Origin: an uncultured Actinomyces sp.
GTDB lineage: Bacteria > Actinomycetota > Actinomycetes > Actinomycetales > Actinomycetaceae
Reading direction: 5' to 3'
Length of the DNA stretch: 51,290 nt
Assembly (NCBI GenBank): GCA_938030835.1
Contig: CALHID010000243.1
Coordinates: 1 to 51,290, forward strand
The notes under the pieces are model-generated. The model did not search any database. It was given only the letters and a program-made list of their open reading frames with translations, and was not told the origin of the DNA. The translations under genes were made by a program, and so were the position numbers. This document shows positions 38,843-47,141 of the stretch, piece after piece (position 1 is the first letter of the stretch; each line of letters opens with the position of its first letter).

Positions 38843-39097
38843 TCACTCAGCGTCAGGAGTGCCATACGAAGGTGCCGTATAGACACCGCCAGTGTGAACA
38901 GTTGCGATAAGGAAACCGATCACAGAAAGGACTCGTTCGATCACCTGAGACCACTGCTCCCAGTTCTCAGCAGTCCAACCGCCGTAAGCGACACCAACCA
39001 TTCCGATAGCCGCAAACACTGCGTACAGTGCCTTGCGACGCTCCGGGGTCAACAAGTACCACTTAGTACGGTCAGTGGTCAAGACTTCATTAGCCAT
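38843..39097 (-). CDS. Holin
   Basis: Two TMs; RRKALYAV; follows the endolysin. Confidence 0.7.
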   Translation of the reverse strand: MANEVLTTDRTKWYLLTPERRKALYAVFAAIGMVGVAYGGWTAENWEQWSQVIERVLSVIGFLIATVHTGGVYTAPSYGTPDAE

Positions 39098-39119
39098 GAA
39101 AGTTCCTCCTAAATCGAAG

Positions 39120-40142
39120 TTACTTAGATTCTACCAGCTTCACGATGCCGTCAGCGTCCTGTTCGACAACCAGCTTACCGACAAGCAGCTTACCGTCCTC
39201 ACCGAAAATCGAGCACGCACCATCAAGGCGCGTCTGAGCGAGGCCGACAGCCATAGAGCCGTCCTTAGTGAGGAAGTAATCACTGCCCTTGTACGACAGC
39301 CACCCGGTACGCATAGCACCGTTTTCCTCAAGGAAGTACCACTTGCCCTTGACGAGCTGCCAGCCGGTCTGCATCTGGCCCTTGTCGTTCAGGAGGAACC
39401 AGTTTTCACCGATCTTCTGCCAGCCAGTCTCCATCTCGCCGTAGCGCGAATCGTGCATATCGTGCAGGAAGTACCAGTGGCCGTCGATATGCTGCCAACC
39501 AGCCTGCAACCAACCCTTCTCGTTGGCATAGAACCACTTATCGTTCACAGGGAACCAGCCGGTCTCCCAGCTACCATCCGAGGTGCGGTACCACCAGCCA
39601 CCATCCTGCGACACCCAGCCCTCAGACTGAGTGATCTCAGCATCAAGGTTGTCATAGTACGCCTGAGCCTTCTCCATGTATTCACCAGCGTACTTATCCC
39701 GCAGAGACGCGGGGCAGGCAGTCGAATAGAAGTCCGAGTGGGGGAACACGTTGACACGCCACTGCGGACGACCAAGACCATACGCACGACACAGGGCCGC
39801 AGTCAGGTGCGCACCGGCATCAAGCGTCGCTTCACCAATGTCCCAACCACCCTCAGCACCAGTGGAGTTAGCGTGCTCAATGCCAATCGAACACGAGTTA
39901 ACGCCGGGGCAGTGCCAGGCCGTGTCCTTGTCGTGGACGAACTGTGCGGTGCTGCCGTCAATGTCCACATTGTAGTGCGCAGACGTGCCATTATGGTTAA
40001 ACGCTGCAAGGACACCACCATGCGACATAGCCTTGCCAGCGTTGTGGTGGACGATAACACGGTCAAGTGCTCGACTACGGCCCTCATCGTAGTTATCGCA
40101 CCACAGGTTGTAGTCAGCGATCAGATTATGCCAGTCAGTCAC
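39120..40142 (-). CDS. Endolysin: amidase_2 plus choline-binding-type cell-wall repeats
   Basis: VIVHH, SAHY, AWH, SIGIEH, HSD..TACP; ~20-aa TGW...WYFL repeats; GTG 40142 after AGGAG. Confidence 0.9.
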   Translation of the reverse strand: MTDWHNLIADYNLWCDNYDEGRSRALDRVIVHHNAGKAMSHGGVLAAFNHNGTSAHYNVDIDGSTAQFVHDKDTAWHCPGVNSCSIGIEHANSTGAEGGWDIGEATLDAGAHLTAALCRAYGLGRPQWRVNVFPHSDFYSTACPASLRDKYAGEYMEKAQAYYDNLDAEITQSEGWVSQDGGWWYRTSDGSWETGWFPVNDKWFYANEKGWLQAGWQHIDGHWYFLHDMHDSRYGEMETGWQKIGENWFLLNDKGQMQTGWQLVKGKWYFLEENGAMRTGWLSYKGSDYFLTKDGSMAVGLAQTRLDGACSIFGEDGKLLVGKLVVEQDADGIVKLVESK

Positions 40143-40440
40143 TATAACTTCTCCTAATCTCCCAAGGACCGAAGTCCTCATACTCGGAGATAATCATATC
40201 AGTGAACACCTGGATACCCTCTTTCGTGACATACACCTGTGGATGCGAGTTTCTACCGTTCTTATAGACACGCCAGATACCAAGCAGTCCTTTGGCCTTT
40301 TCCGTAGGCTCGCTAATATGCCGACCCTTCTTCAGGTATCCTTCACGGCGCAGAAACCTAATGACCTTCGTAGAGCCAATACTTGGAATCTCTTTCCTCA
40401 GACTCTTACCGAAATCACGCAAGCTAATTTCTTCCATCAC
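40135..40440 (-). CDS. Antirepressor KilA-C domain protein
   Basis: ISLRDFGK...IG...FLRREGYL...PT...VYVTKEG. Confidence 0.75.
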   Translation of the reverse strand: MMEEISLRDFGKSLRKEIPSIGSTKVIRFLRREGYLKKGRHISEPTEKAKGLLGIWRVYKNGRNSHPQVYVTKEGIQVFTDMIISEYEDFGPWEIRRSYSD

Positions 40441-40862
40441 ATACCATCCACATCAGTAAAGTAATCAGCAAACGGGTTATCGCCAGGCTCAGCAAACTCC
40501 ATATTAATAGGTGCTGCCTCAGCATCAGATGGACGCAGAACATCCTTTGGCTGTCGAACAGACCTGAAGATGAGAGTCCAGTCAACCGGCATGTAGTCAC
40601 CGAGCAAGATCATGTCCTTGATCGTCAGGCTCCCGTTCACCAACTTAGTGTGGTAATAGCGTGCGGAAGGCCCACCGATAAGTTCTCCATCTTTCATGAC
40701 CGACAGGCCCGCATCCTTGAACTGCTTAATCACGAGTTCCCGAACGAAGGCAACACGGGTTTCTACATCCTGTGGGTATTTGCCGCCCATCCGGGTGGCA
40801 CGGGCCTTAGCCATACGGGCGCGAGCCTCTTCGAGCTTCACAGGGTCAGTAATTTTAGTCAT
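40437..40862 (-). CDS. Hypothetical protein
   Basis: GAGGTG RBS; coupled. Confidence 0.7.
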   Translation of the reverse strand: MTKITDPVKLEEARARMAKARATRMGGKYPQDVETRVAFVRELVIKQFKDAGLSVMKDGELIGGPSARYYHTKLVNGSLTIKDMILLGDYMPVDWTLIFRSVRQPKDVLRPSDAEAAPINMEFAEPGDNPFADYFTDVDGM

Positions 40863-41103
40863 TTTTCACCTCATACTTCTTCAAGAGGTCCGGTCGGAAC
40901 CCAGACCAGTGTTCCTTAATTTGCGCACCTTCACGCACAACGACGACAGGTGCTTGCTGATAACCAAGTGCGCGGATAAATGCCAGCGCATCTGCGTCTT
41001 CCGTTACGTCGGTGCTATTGAACGGCAGTCCAAGCGCCTTCAGCTTGCGGTACGTCGCCGTACACTGCGGGCAATTGGGCTTGGAGTAGACGTTGATGTT
41101 CAT
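40855..41103 (-). CDS. nrdH: NrdH-like glutaredoxin
   Basis: VYSKPNCPQC, QAPVV, WSGFRPD. Confidence 0.92.
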   Translation of the reverse strand: MNINVYSKPNCPQCTATYRKLKALGLPFNSTDVTEDADALAFIRALGYQQAPVVVVREGAQIKEHWSGFRPDLLKKYEVKND

Positions 41104-41105
41104 TC

Positions 41106-41516
41106 TCAGATAGACCTTCCAGTCGAACCAAAACCACCTTGACCACGCTCACCGGCTTGGACAGGTGGCTGTGCGTAGAGAGCGGATGTGCCCTCTAGCT
41201 TGACAATGACAATTTGAGCGACCCTTTCATGTTCTTCGAGAACGACAGGGGTGTCCTTGCTCATGTTCCACAATGGCACGAGGACTTCACCCTCGTAGCC
41301 AGCGTCGATGACACCAACACCGTTAGCGAGTAGAAGGCCCTTCTTGCTCAAGGAAGAGCGGGCAAAGACGAGTCCGACAGAGCCGTCAGGAATGTCGAAC
41401 TTAGCGGGGTAGTAACCTGTCTGCACGAGGATAACTTCACCGGGATGGATAATCACCGGCATCTTCGTAGACAGGTCGAAACCAGCATCGTTATGGTGCT
41501 GTCGTACTGGTCTCAT
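41106..41516 (-). CDS. dut: dUTPase (trimeric)
   Basis: AGFDL, RSS, GVIDAGYEGE, RVAQ, RGQGGFGSTG. Confidence 0.95.
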   Translation of the reverse strand: MRPVRQHHNDAGFDLSTKMPVIIHPGEVILVQTGYYPAKFDIPDGSVGLVFARSSLSKKGLLLANGVGVIDAGYEGEVLVPLWNMSKDTPVVLEEHERVAQIVIVKLEGTSALYAQPPVQAGERGQGGFGSTGRSI

Positions 41517-41604
41517 TAGTTCTCCTTTCGTTGAGTACAACCATGAGTGCAGCGGCTTTAGCAAACTTCAGTGTGCTTGGTGCTGCAATGCAGTCTGTGA
41601 TAAC

Positions 41605-42039
41605 TTAGTCGGCTAGTTGGCCGAAGTCTGTTTCTAGGGCGCTATAGTGCTCGTACCATTTGTTGATGTGCTGTCGGCTAATGCCCATGTATGTGTCTGG
41701 GTCGCCGCTTGTGACACTAATACGAGAGTCTTTGTCCCAAATATAGTTCAGGTCTTTGAGGTCCGGCACGTGCGGGACTAACTTGTTTGCGTAATTGTTA
41801 TTCCGGCTCACGTACTGACTCAGACAGATGACGACATCATTGAATCGCGGCTTTGTCTTAGTCTCGCCGTACCACCATTTGTAGATGCTGTCGATGAGCT
41901 TTTCTGCTGTTTCGTCTAGTTTCACAGGGTTGAACTTTTTGACGCTGGTTGGCTGCTGCGCAGCCCTGTCAGAGTAACTAAAGCTGCTGCGGCCAACTCG
42001 CTTGAGCCACGTTTCCACAACCTTACTTGGGTCTGTCAT
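41605..42039 (-). CDS. Hypothetical protein
   Basis: AAGGAGG RBS; own promoter. Confidence 0.75.
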   Translation of the reverse strand: MTDPSKVVETWLKRVGRSSFSYSDRAAQQPTSVKKFNPVKLDETAEKLIDSIYKWWYGETKTKPRFNDVVICLSQYVSRNNNYANKLVPHVPDLKDLNYIWDKDSRISVTSGDPDTYMGISRQHINKWYEHYSALETDFGQLAD

Positions 42040-42062
42040 TGTCCCTCCTTTCTACGCAGTCA

Positions 42063-42117
42063 ATATTAGTACGTGTTAGTGCAGGGTACAAGCGAAACTG
42101 GTGTGACCTGTGCCACA
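42063..42117 (-). promoter_or_regulatory. Promoter with CRP-type box
   Basis: TGTGG-CACAGG-TCACA, 10 nt, TTGTAC-17-TAATAT. Confidence 0.75.
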
Positions 42118-42129
42118 CTGTGTTTTGGG

Positions 42130-42199
42130 TAAGACAGAGCGCCAGCACTAAACAGCACTGGCGCTCTGCCCTGTTAGGAAGGAGGCTTCTAGTGTATCA
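42130..42199 (-). ncRNA. Candidate short RNA (5' CCUCCUUCC plus hairpin), or terminator of the surface protein gene
   Basis: TGA-TACACT at 42191-42199; 11-bp stem 42135-42145/42158-42168. Confidence 0.35.
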
Positions 42200-42200
42200 C

Positions 42201-43484
42201 TCAGATATGGTCGTTGCCAAATCGACCGGCACGCCAGGCGAGGTAGCAGGCCAAGGCACCACCACCGATTGCAATAAGTGCAATCACGATAGCCCCAGAT
42301 GCAGCACCCGTCTTAGCGAGCTTGCCTTGTTCTGGTACGGCAGCCGGGGCAAGCGGCTGAGGCGTAGGGGTCACAGACTGCGGCTCATCCGAAGGGCTGG
42401 GTGCCGGAGAAGGCTTCTCAGACGGTGCAGGAGCCGGAGTAGGCTTCTCGGAAGGAGCTGGCGTAGACTCTTCAGAGGGCGCAGGAGTCGGCTTCACAGA
42501 AGGCGTAGGCTGCGGGGCAGGCGTAACACTCGGCTCCGGTGCAGGGGCAGGCGTAGAAGGCTCCGGCGTAGGCTTCACAGAACCATCACCATTCGTACCA
42601 CCATTGCTCTTAACCGTCGCCGTAGCTTCGAGCTTCATACCATTCACCTCAGCATGGTTAGTCGCAGAAGTCTGCCCCTCGGGAACGACAGTATGCTCAG
42701 GCGGGTAGACTACACACGTCTTGGACTCGTCAGGAGCCGTGAACTTGATCGTATTCGGGTCGATCTGCGTAGCAGTAACGGTCTCGGTCGTATCCGGGTT
42801 CCATGTATCCGACTTCGCGCACTTCACGGTCGTACCCAGCTTCGCGTCAAAGTCCTTCACGGTGTACTCGACACCACCCTTAGCAATCCACTTAATGCCC
42901 CAGCTGATAGTCCCATCAGCGTTAGACCACCCGAACTTCACGTTCTCTGGGTTAGCGTATTCATAATGGGCCGGGTTTGCACAATCATTAGTACACTCGC
43001 CCGTGCCCTCCTTGTCGCCCCAGACAAGGGTCTTCACGGCCTTACCGTTCAGGGTGATCGTACCCTCGGTGGTGCCAATTGCACCACCCTGAAGGCGAGC
43101 GCGTGCCCACCACGTGCCCTTGACGTTCGTCTTGTCCTTGTAGGCTTCAGGAATCTCAGTGACCTTACAGGTCAGCTCTGCCTCGTTGGCTTCACACTCA
43201 CCGACGACAGACCCATCATCGAGCGTGAACGGGAACGAGGCGTTCCAGACGAACGGGGCCTTACCCTCATTCGGCACCGTCGAGACAGTGAACTGCTGGC
43301 CGACAGCCAGCTTCTCCACGGCCCAGGTGCCACCCACGTTGACCTCGGAAGAGGTCTGTCGAGACGAGGACGTGGCCTTTGTGACCTCGGCCTTGATCTC
43401 GGTGTTGTCGGCAGCATTGGCAGTAGCAGCAGCCGCAGCAATCATCAGCAGTGCGACACCAGTCGTCGCAAGAAAACGCTTCAT
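42201..43484 (-). CDS. Sortase-type cell-wall-anchored surface protein
   Basis: Signal peptide, beta-rich domains, Pro-rich PTPAPSE stalk, LAKTG + TM + basic tail. Confidence 0.85.
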   Translation of the reverse strand: MKRFLATTGVALLMIAAAAATANAADNTEIKAEVTKATSSSRQTSSEVNVGGTWAVEKLAVGQQFTVSTVPNEGKAPFVWNASFPFTLDDGSVVGECEANEAELTCKVTEIPEAYKDKTNVKGTWWARARLQGGAIGTTEGTITLNGKAVKTLVWGDKEGTGECTNDCANPAHYEYANPENVKFGWSNADGTISWGIKWIAKGGVEYTVKDFDAKLGTTVKCAKSDTWNPDTTETVTATQIDPNTIKFTAPDESKTCVVYPPEHTVVPEGQTSATNHAEVNGMKLEATATVKSNGGTNGDGSVKPTPEPSTPAPAPEPSVTPAPQPTPSVKPTPAPSEESTPAPSEKPTPAPAPSEKPSPAPSPSDEPQSVTPTPQPLAPAAVPEQGKLAKTGAASGAIVIALIAIGGGALACYLAWRAGRFGNDHI

Positions 43485-43524
43485 ATTGAACATTCCTTTC
43501 GTAGTTGTTCGGCCTGACAACTTG

Positions 43525-43580
43525 AGTGTAGCTGACAGGCCGAACAATCCACAACAGATAATCGTGTGACTCTACTCACA
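43525..43580 (-). promoter_or_regulatory. Surface protein promoter with consensus CRP box
   Basis: TGTGA-GTAGAG-TCACA, 10 nt, TTGTGG-18-TACACT; -10 lies inside a 12-bp IR. Confidence 0.75.
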
Positions 43581-43729
43581 CATATAGTATCATCCCCCTA
43601 CCGAGTGTTAGTCGATAGGGGGATGAGTCCTCATGAATTATGAACCCTCATGTAAGGCCGGTACCCGAAAGGACGAACCCCTCAGTTACCTATTCCTGAG
43701 ATCAGAGGCGCGCTGTCTCAGGCCGACAA

Positions 43730-44026
43730 TCACAGATAATCCATCGGACGATTCTCAAGAATCTCCTGCATCTTATGACCGGGAACGGTGTAGACACCGG
43801 GCGAGACGACACCATAGGTCATAGGCTTAATCATCGTCACAGGAGCCTTCTCGACAATGCCTTGGTCGAGAAGGGCAATCAGATCAGTGTCCTTGGTGGT
43901 GATCGTGTAGACACCCGTACGGGCCTCCTGGGTAATGGTCGTCTTCATCTCGTCATTCTTAACGACGGACGAGTAGGTACCCTCAAAAGCCTTGCCCAGC
44001 TTGACTGCGAGATCAACGATAGACAT
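43730..44026 (-). CDS. Hypothetical protein
   Basis: AAGGAG RBS. Confidence 0.7.
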   Translation of the reverse strand: MSIVDLAVKLGKAFEGTYSSVVKNDEMKTTITQEARTGVYTITTKDTDLIALLDQGIVEKAPVTMIKPMTYGVVSPGVYTVPGHKMQEILENRPMDYL

Positions 44027-44070
44027 CGTTACTCCTTGGTTGTCGTTGTTGTTGTTACGAGGCCAGTGTA

Positions 44071-44403
44071 TCAGCCCTGGATGACATCGAAGTCTCCACC
44101 AAGTCCCGTAAGGATACTTGCTAGTTCCCTCGTACTGAACTTATCACCCCAAGTACTCATCCAGTATTCCTCGTAATCAGTATTACCTGGGATACCTAAC
44201 TCAACATAGAGGTAGTAGACACCTTCAACTGAGATTACACAAGGTCCGATAGCACACTGTTTTAGATCGTATTTCGTGCCGTCCTTGTCCCAGACTATAG
44301 TGTCAGACTTAGGTTTTTCTTCCTCAAGTTCGACACCCAGCTGAGTGGCGATCTTCTTCAGTAGCCTATCAGCGAGTTCATCAAACTGTTCATCAGTCAG
44401 CAT
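44071..44403 (-). CDS. Paralogous small-domain family protein
   Basis: Shared motif (see findings). Confidence 0.75.
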   Translation of the reverse strand: MLTDEQFDELADRLLKKIATQLGVELEEEKPKSDTIVWDKDGTKYDLKQCAIGPCVISVEGVYYLYVELGIPGNTDYEEYWMSTWGDKFSTRELASILTGLGGDFDVIQG

Positions 44404-44791
44404 TGTTAGCCACCTTCAGCGCCCAGTCGAGTTCTTCATTGAGTTCTTCCTCGTTGCTGCACCACTGTGCTGCCTTAAGGACATCCTGTAGAAACTCCTC
44501 CCAGAAGCGCTCATCCGAAAGCCAAGTGTATTCCTTATTTTCTTCAATAAGCTCTGTTGGTTCCTTGAACTCAGCGTCATGCAACCAAGCAGTGAACACA
44601 GGAAGATTGATGTCAATGGTCGTAAGGTGCCCCCAGTCGGACCACCAGCCCTCGATAGTATAGCTATCACCGAAACTGGTGGTAAAGGTGTACTCAGGAT
44701 GGTCGAGCATACCTGTATACATACACATATTGCACGAACCGTCAGTGTCTTCGTAAGTGTTTGAGTCGAAGTTAGTAAGTCGTAGCTTCAT
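44393..44791 (-). CDS. Hypothetical acidic protein with CxxC
   Basis: AAGGAG RBS; GSCNMC. Confidence 0.75.
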   Translation of the reverse strand: MKLRLTNFDSNTYEDTDGSCNMCMYTGMLDHPEYTFTTSFGDSYTIEGWWSDWGHLTTIDINLPVFTAWLHDAEFKEPTELIEENKEYTWLSDERFWEEFLQDVLKAAQWCSNEEELNEELDWALKVANNAD

Positions 44792-44807
44792 TTTGTTTCT
44801 CCTTTTA

Positions 44808-45149
44808 TTAGAACTTGTGGACAGTGATTAGGAAATCATCGTCATCCTCGTGTTCGCGGATGAGGTTTGCAAGGGATTCTGAGCTGAAGTGTTTACCAGC
44901 AGACGAAACGAACAAACCTGCCATTGGGCCAACACAATCGGCTCTAATGCCCATGAAGATCACTCCACAACCATTGTCAATAACACAATTTGTCTTGACG
45001 AGTTCAGACAGATCATGAACGACACCATCCTTGTCCACGATCTCAGTGTTGCTTAGTTCTTCAATAGGTTTGATACCCAGGATGTCTACCAGCTCCGCAA
45101 TCTTGCGGAAGGCTTCTCTCGTCTCAGCATCAAATCGAATAATAGTCAT
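44808..45149 (-). CDS. Paralogous small-domain family protein
   Basis: GAAAGGAG RBS; IVDKDG..DL shared with 44071-44403. Confidence 0.75.
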   Translation of the reverse strand: MTIIRFDAETREAFRKIAELVDILGIKPIEELSNTEIVDKDGVVHDLSELVKTNCVIDNGCGVIFMGIRADCVGPMAGLFVSSAGKHFSSESLANLIREHEDDDDFLITVHKF

Positions 45150-45170
45150 TTTTGTTTCTCCTTTCTGTCG

Positions 45171-45240
45171 TGCTGCCACAGGACTCGAACCTGCCCCTCT
45201 GAGACTTTCCCAGTGTGCTCACCACATAACACTAAGCAGC
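45171..45240 (-). ncRNA. Degenerate tRNA-like element with aberrant anticodon loop
   Basis: 6-bp acceptor, D arm with GG, GCAGG-TTCGAGT-CCTGT T-arm, 5-nt loop AAAGT. Confidence 0.6.
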
Positions 45241-45328
45241 TTGTTACCTGACCAGGGCAACCCAGCCGTTCGATGAGGGTGTCTTGGTCGAGACACTTTG
45301 TGCTATCGAGCAACCTCATCGTCAAGCG

Positions 45329-45399
45329 CTCCCAGACTAGGACTCGAACCTAGTCCGACAGGGCCAAAACCTGCCGTGCTACCATTACACTATCTGGGA
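45329..45399 (-). tRNA. tRNA-Gln(TTG)
   Basis: Cloverleaf; anticodon loop TT-TTG-GC; CCA not encoded. Confidence 0.85.
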
Positions 45400-45456
45400 T
45401 TAAACCCAGGTAGTCCCGGAGGACACCTGGGAACTAGGTGTTACACATGTGCAACG

Positions 45457-45529
45457 TCGGAATGGTGAGACTCGAACTCACGACCCCCTGGTCCCAAACC
45501 AGGTGCGCTACCTACTGCGCTACATTCCG
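45457..45529 (-). tRNA. tRNA-Pro(TGG)
   Basis: Cloverleaf CGGAATG/CATTCCG; loop TT-TGG-GA; CCA not encoded. Confidence 0.92.
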
Positions 45530-45693
45530 TTAGAAGGGGTGCTGTTGACTGACGAAACAAAAACCATCACACAAAAATTGTCAGTCCTAGGGTGCTACCC
45601 CGCACGTGACCCCCGTCACGGCAACCGGCACGTCCGCTTGATCAGAGCGGCAGGCGGCTATGGCCTAATCATCCAGCATCGTCCGGTGCTTGG

Positions 45694-45778
45694 TGGTCCC
45701 CTCGGTGAGAATCGAACTCACACTCCTTTCGGAACTCGATTTTGAGTCGAGCGCGTCTGCCTGTTCCGCCACAAGGGG
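45694..45778 (-). tRNA. tRNA-Leu(CAA)
   Basis: Cloverleaf with long variable arm; loop CT-CAA-AA; encoded CCA. Confidence 0.92.
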
Positions 45779-45845
45779 TGTGCCTCTGAGTCGCGGCGAC
45801 GATTGTTAGTTGAACTCTCAGAGGCTATTCAGTTATGATGTGTTC

Positions 45846-45901
45846 AGTATAGAGTCAACGTTTCTGAGCTGACAACTCCATACTAAGTGATGTGTGTCAC
45901 G
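45846..45901 (-). promoter_or_regulatory. tRNA cluster promoter with CRP-type box
   Basis: CGTGA-CACACA-TCACT, 10 nt, TTGTCA-18-TATACT. Confidence 0.8.
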
Positions 45902-46112
45902 GCTTGTAGTACACGGCCACACGACGGCTACCCGTCATCATGCCGACAGGCAGGAACCCGAAAAGCTGAGTGCTTGTGTAGAACTCTTCCAAGGTACATG
46001 CACACCAACCGCTCGAAGTACGGACGTAGGTTTCCAGCGACCCACCGAGAACAGTGCCCAGAGTGTAGTTCTCAAGGTCAGTAGGGGACTTGATTGACTC
46101 GAACTGCATCAT
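45897..46112 (-). CDS. Paralogous small-domain family protein
   Basis: Coupled ORF; shared motif. Confidence 0.65.
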   Translation of the reverse strand: MMQFESIKSPTDLENYTLGTVLGGSLETYVRTSSGWCACTLEEFYTSTQLFGFLPVGMMTGSRRVAVYYKP

Positions 46113-46459
46113 TCCAACCCAGGGTCGATGACAGTAGCGATATAGTCGTTATCCTCGTACTCGTTGATGAGTTCATTAACAAGGTCGAGATCGCTCCACA
46201 GCTTCTTAGGGACTGCTGGGGCAGTACGAACCCAGTAACCGTCATTGACCTTCAGGAATGGGCCAAGAGTACCCGAGATAACGACACTGCCTCGGTCTGT
46301 GATCGCCGCGAAGTCCACACAGGATTCGACATCCCCGACATTGCCTAGCCCGTTTGCCTCTACGAACCACACCTTTAGCTTAGTAATAGGCATATTACGC
46401 AGCTTCATGTAGTTCGTCTGTGTTTCGTTGTAGAGCTTAGTAAACTCGTTGTTAGCCAT
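46109..46459 (-). CDS. Paralogous small-domain family protein
   Basis: GGAGG RBS; shared motif. Confidence 0.7.
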   Translation of the reverse strand: MANNEFTKLYNETQTNYMKLRNMPITKLKVWFVEANGLGNVGDVESCVDFAAITDRGSVVISGTLGPFLKVNDGYWVRTAPAVPKKLWSDLDLVNELINEYEDNDYIATVIDPGLE

Positions 46460-46637
46460 TATTTTCCTCCTTACTAAGTTCGATCAGCGCTTCAGCGTAT
46501 GACTTCACCTTGAACCAATCCTTGTCTTCCCTCTCGCCGGGTCGTTCGCAAGGGTGCAGAGGTTCAATGCTATCGTTGTAGCACTTCTTAGCAACTGTGT
46601 AAATAGCCTTTACGAATTGCAGTTCACCGCTGTTCAT
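46452..46637 (-). CDS. Hypothetical protein
   Basis: AAGGAG RBS. Confidence 0.65.
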   Translation of the reverse strand: MNSGELQFVKAIYTVAKKCYNDSIEPLHPCERPGEREDKDWFKVKSYAEALIELSKEENNG

Positions 46638-46816
46638 TACTCTTCTCCTTCTTTCAGTTCAGAATATTTCCAATGACCGATGTTTCCGTACGTAAACTCG
46701 ATGATGCAATCTTCACGCTTACGTCGATGTGAAGCCCTATGGCTCGCAATACCCAGGTAGTTAAACTCCCTATCACAGGTATAGCAATAGCAGTCCTTAG
46801 TCACCCGTGCTCGCAT
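46637..46816 (-). CDS. 59-aa C2H2-type zinc-finger-like protein
   Basis: MRARVTKDCYCYTCDREFNYLGIASHRASH...; coupled on both sides. Confidence 0.65.
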   Translation of the reverse strand: MRARVTKDCYCYTCDREFNYLGIASHRASHRRKREDCIIEFTYGNIGHWKYSELKEGEE

Positions 46817-46968
46817 CAGTCCTGCATCTCCACAAAAACTTCATCCGTTTCTGGGTACCAGTAAATATTGACACAGTGTTCATCACCATCAAGCATCACG
46901 TCAGCGCTGATGCTAACAAAGGGAGGCTCGTCGGTATCAAACACAGTACCTACAAGTCCAGTAATCAT
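46816..46968 (-). CDS. 50-aa acidic protein
   Basis: AAGGAG RBS; first gene after the promoter. Confidence 0.65.
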   Translation of the reverse strand: MITGLVGTVFDTDEPPFVSISADVMLDGDEHCVNIYWYPETDEVFVEMQD

Positions 46969-46998
46969 TTTGTTCTCCTTTCAATTGCTGATGTATTT

Positions 46999-47054
46999 AT
47001 ACTAATGTGCTCTGCCCACACCTGTCAACAAGTAACAGCGTGACATGTACCACA
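46999..47054 (-). promoter_or_regulatory. Promoter with CRP-type box
   Basis: TGTGG-TACATG-TCACG, 10 nt, TTGACA-18-TAGTAT. Confidence 0.75.
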
Positions 47055-47066
47055 TCATCGTGGGGA

Positions 47067-47110
47067 CAAAATAAGACCCCTGTGCCTCAAGCCAAGCACA
47101 GGGGTTTTAT
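47067..47110 (-). terminator. Intrinsic terminator
   Basis: ACCCCTGTGC...GCACAGGGGT followed by CTTATTTT. Confidence 0.75.
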
Positions 47111-47141
47111 CGGATCAGAGATCCATCAACTGGTAATGACC

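Noticed and set aside
8217..40142. Stop-codon reassignment
   Set aside because: All large genes are intact in the standard code and no suppressor tRNA is present
42027..43517. 496-aa Arg-rich plus-strand ORF
   Set aside because: Antisense mirror of the Pro-rich surface protein; the SD-GTG at 42192 is noted, but no plus-strand promoter was seen
43621..43678. Hammerhead-like GATGAGTCC...GGACGAA
   Set aside because: Core reads GGAUGA and GAAC rather than CUGANGA and GAAA, and stems I and III could not be formed
45400..45456. HDV-like (theta) ribozyme after tRNA-Pro
   Set aside because: Only simple hairpins; the nested double pseudoknot and catalytic J4/2 could not be built by eye
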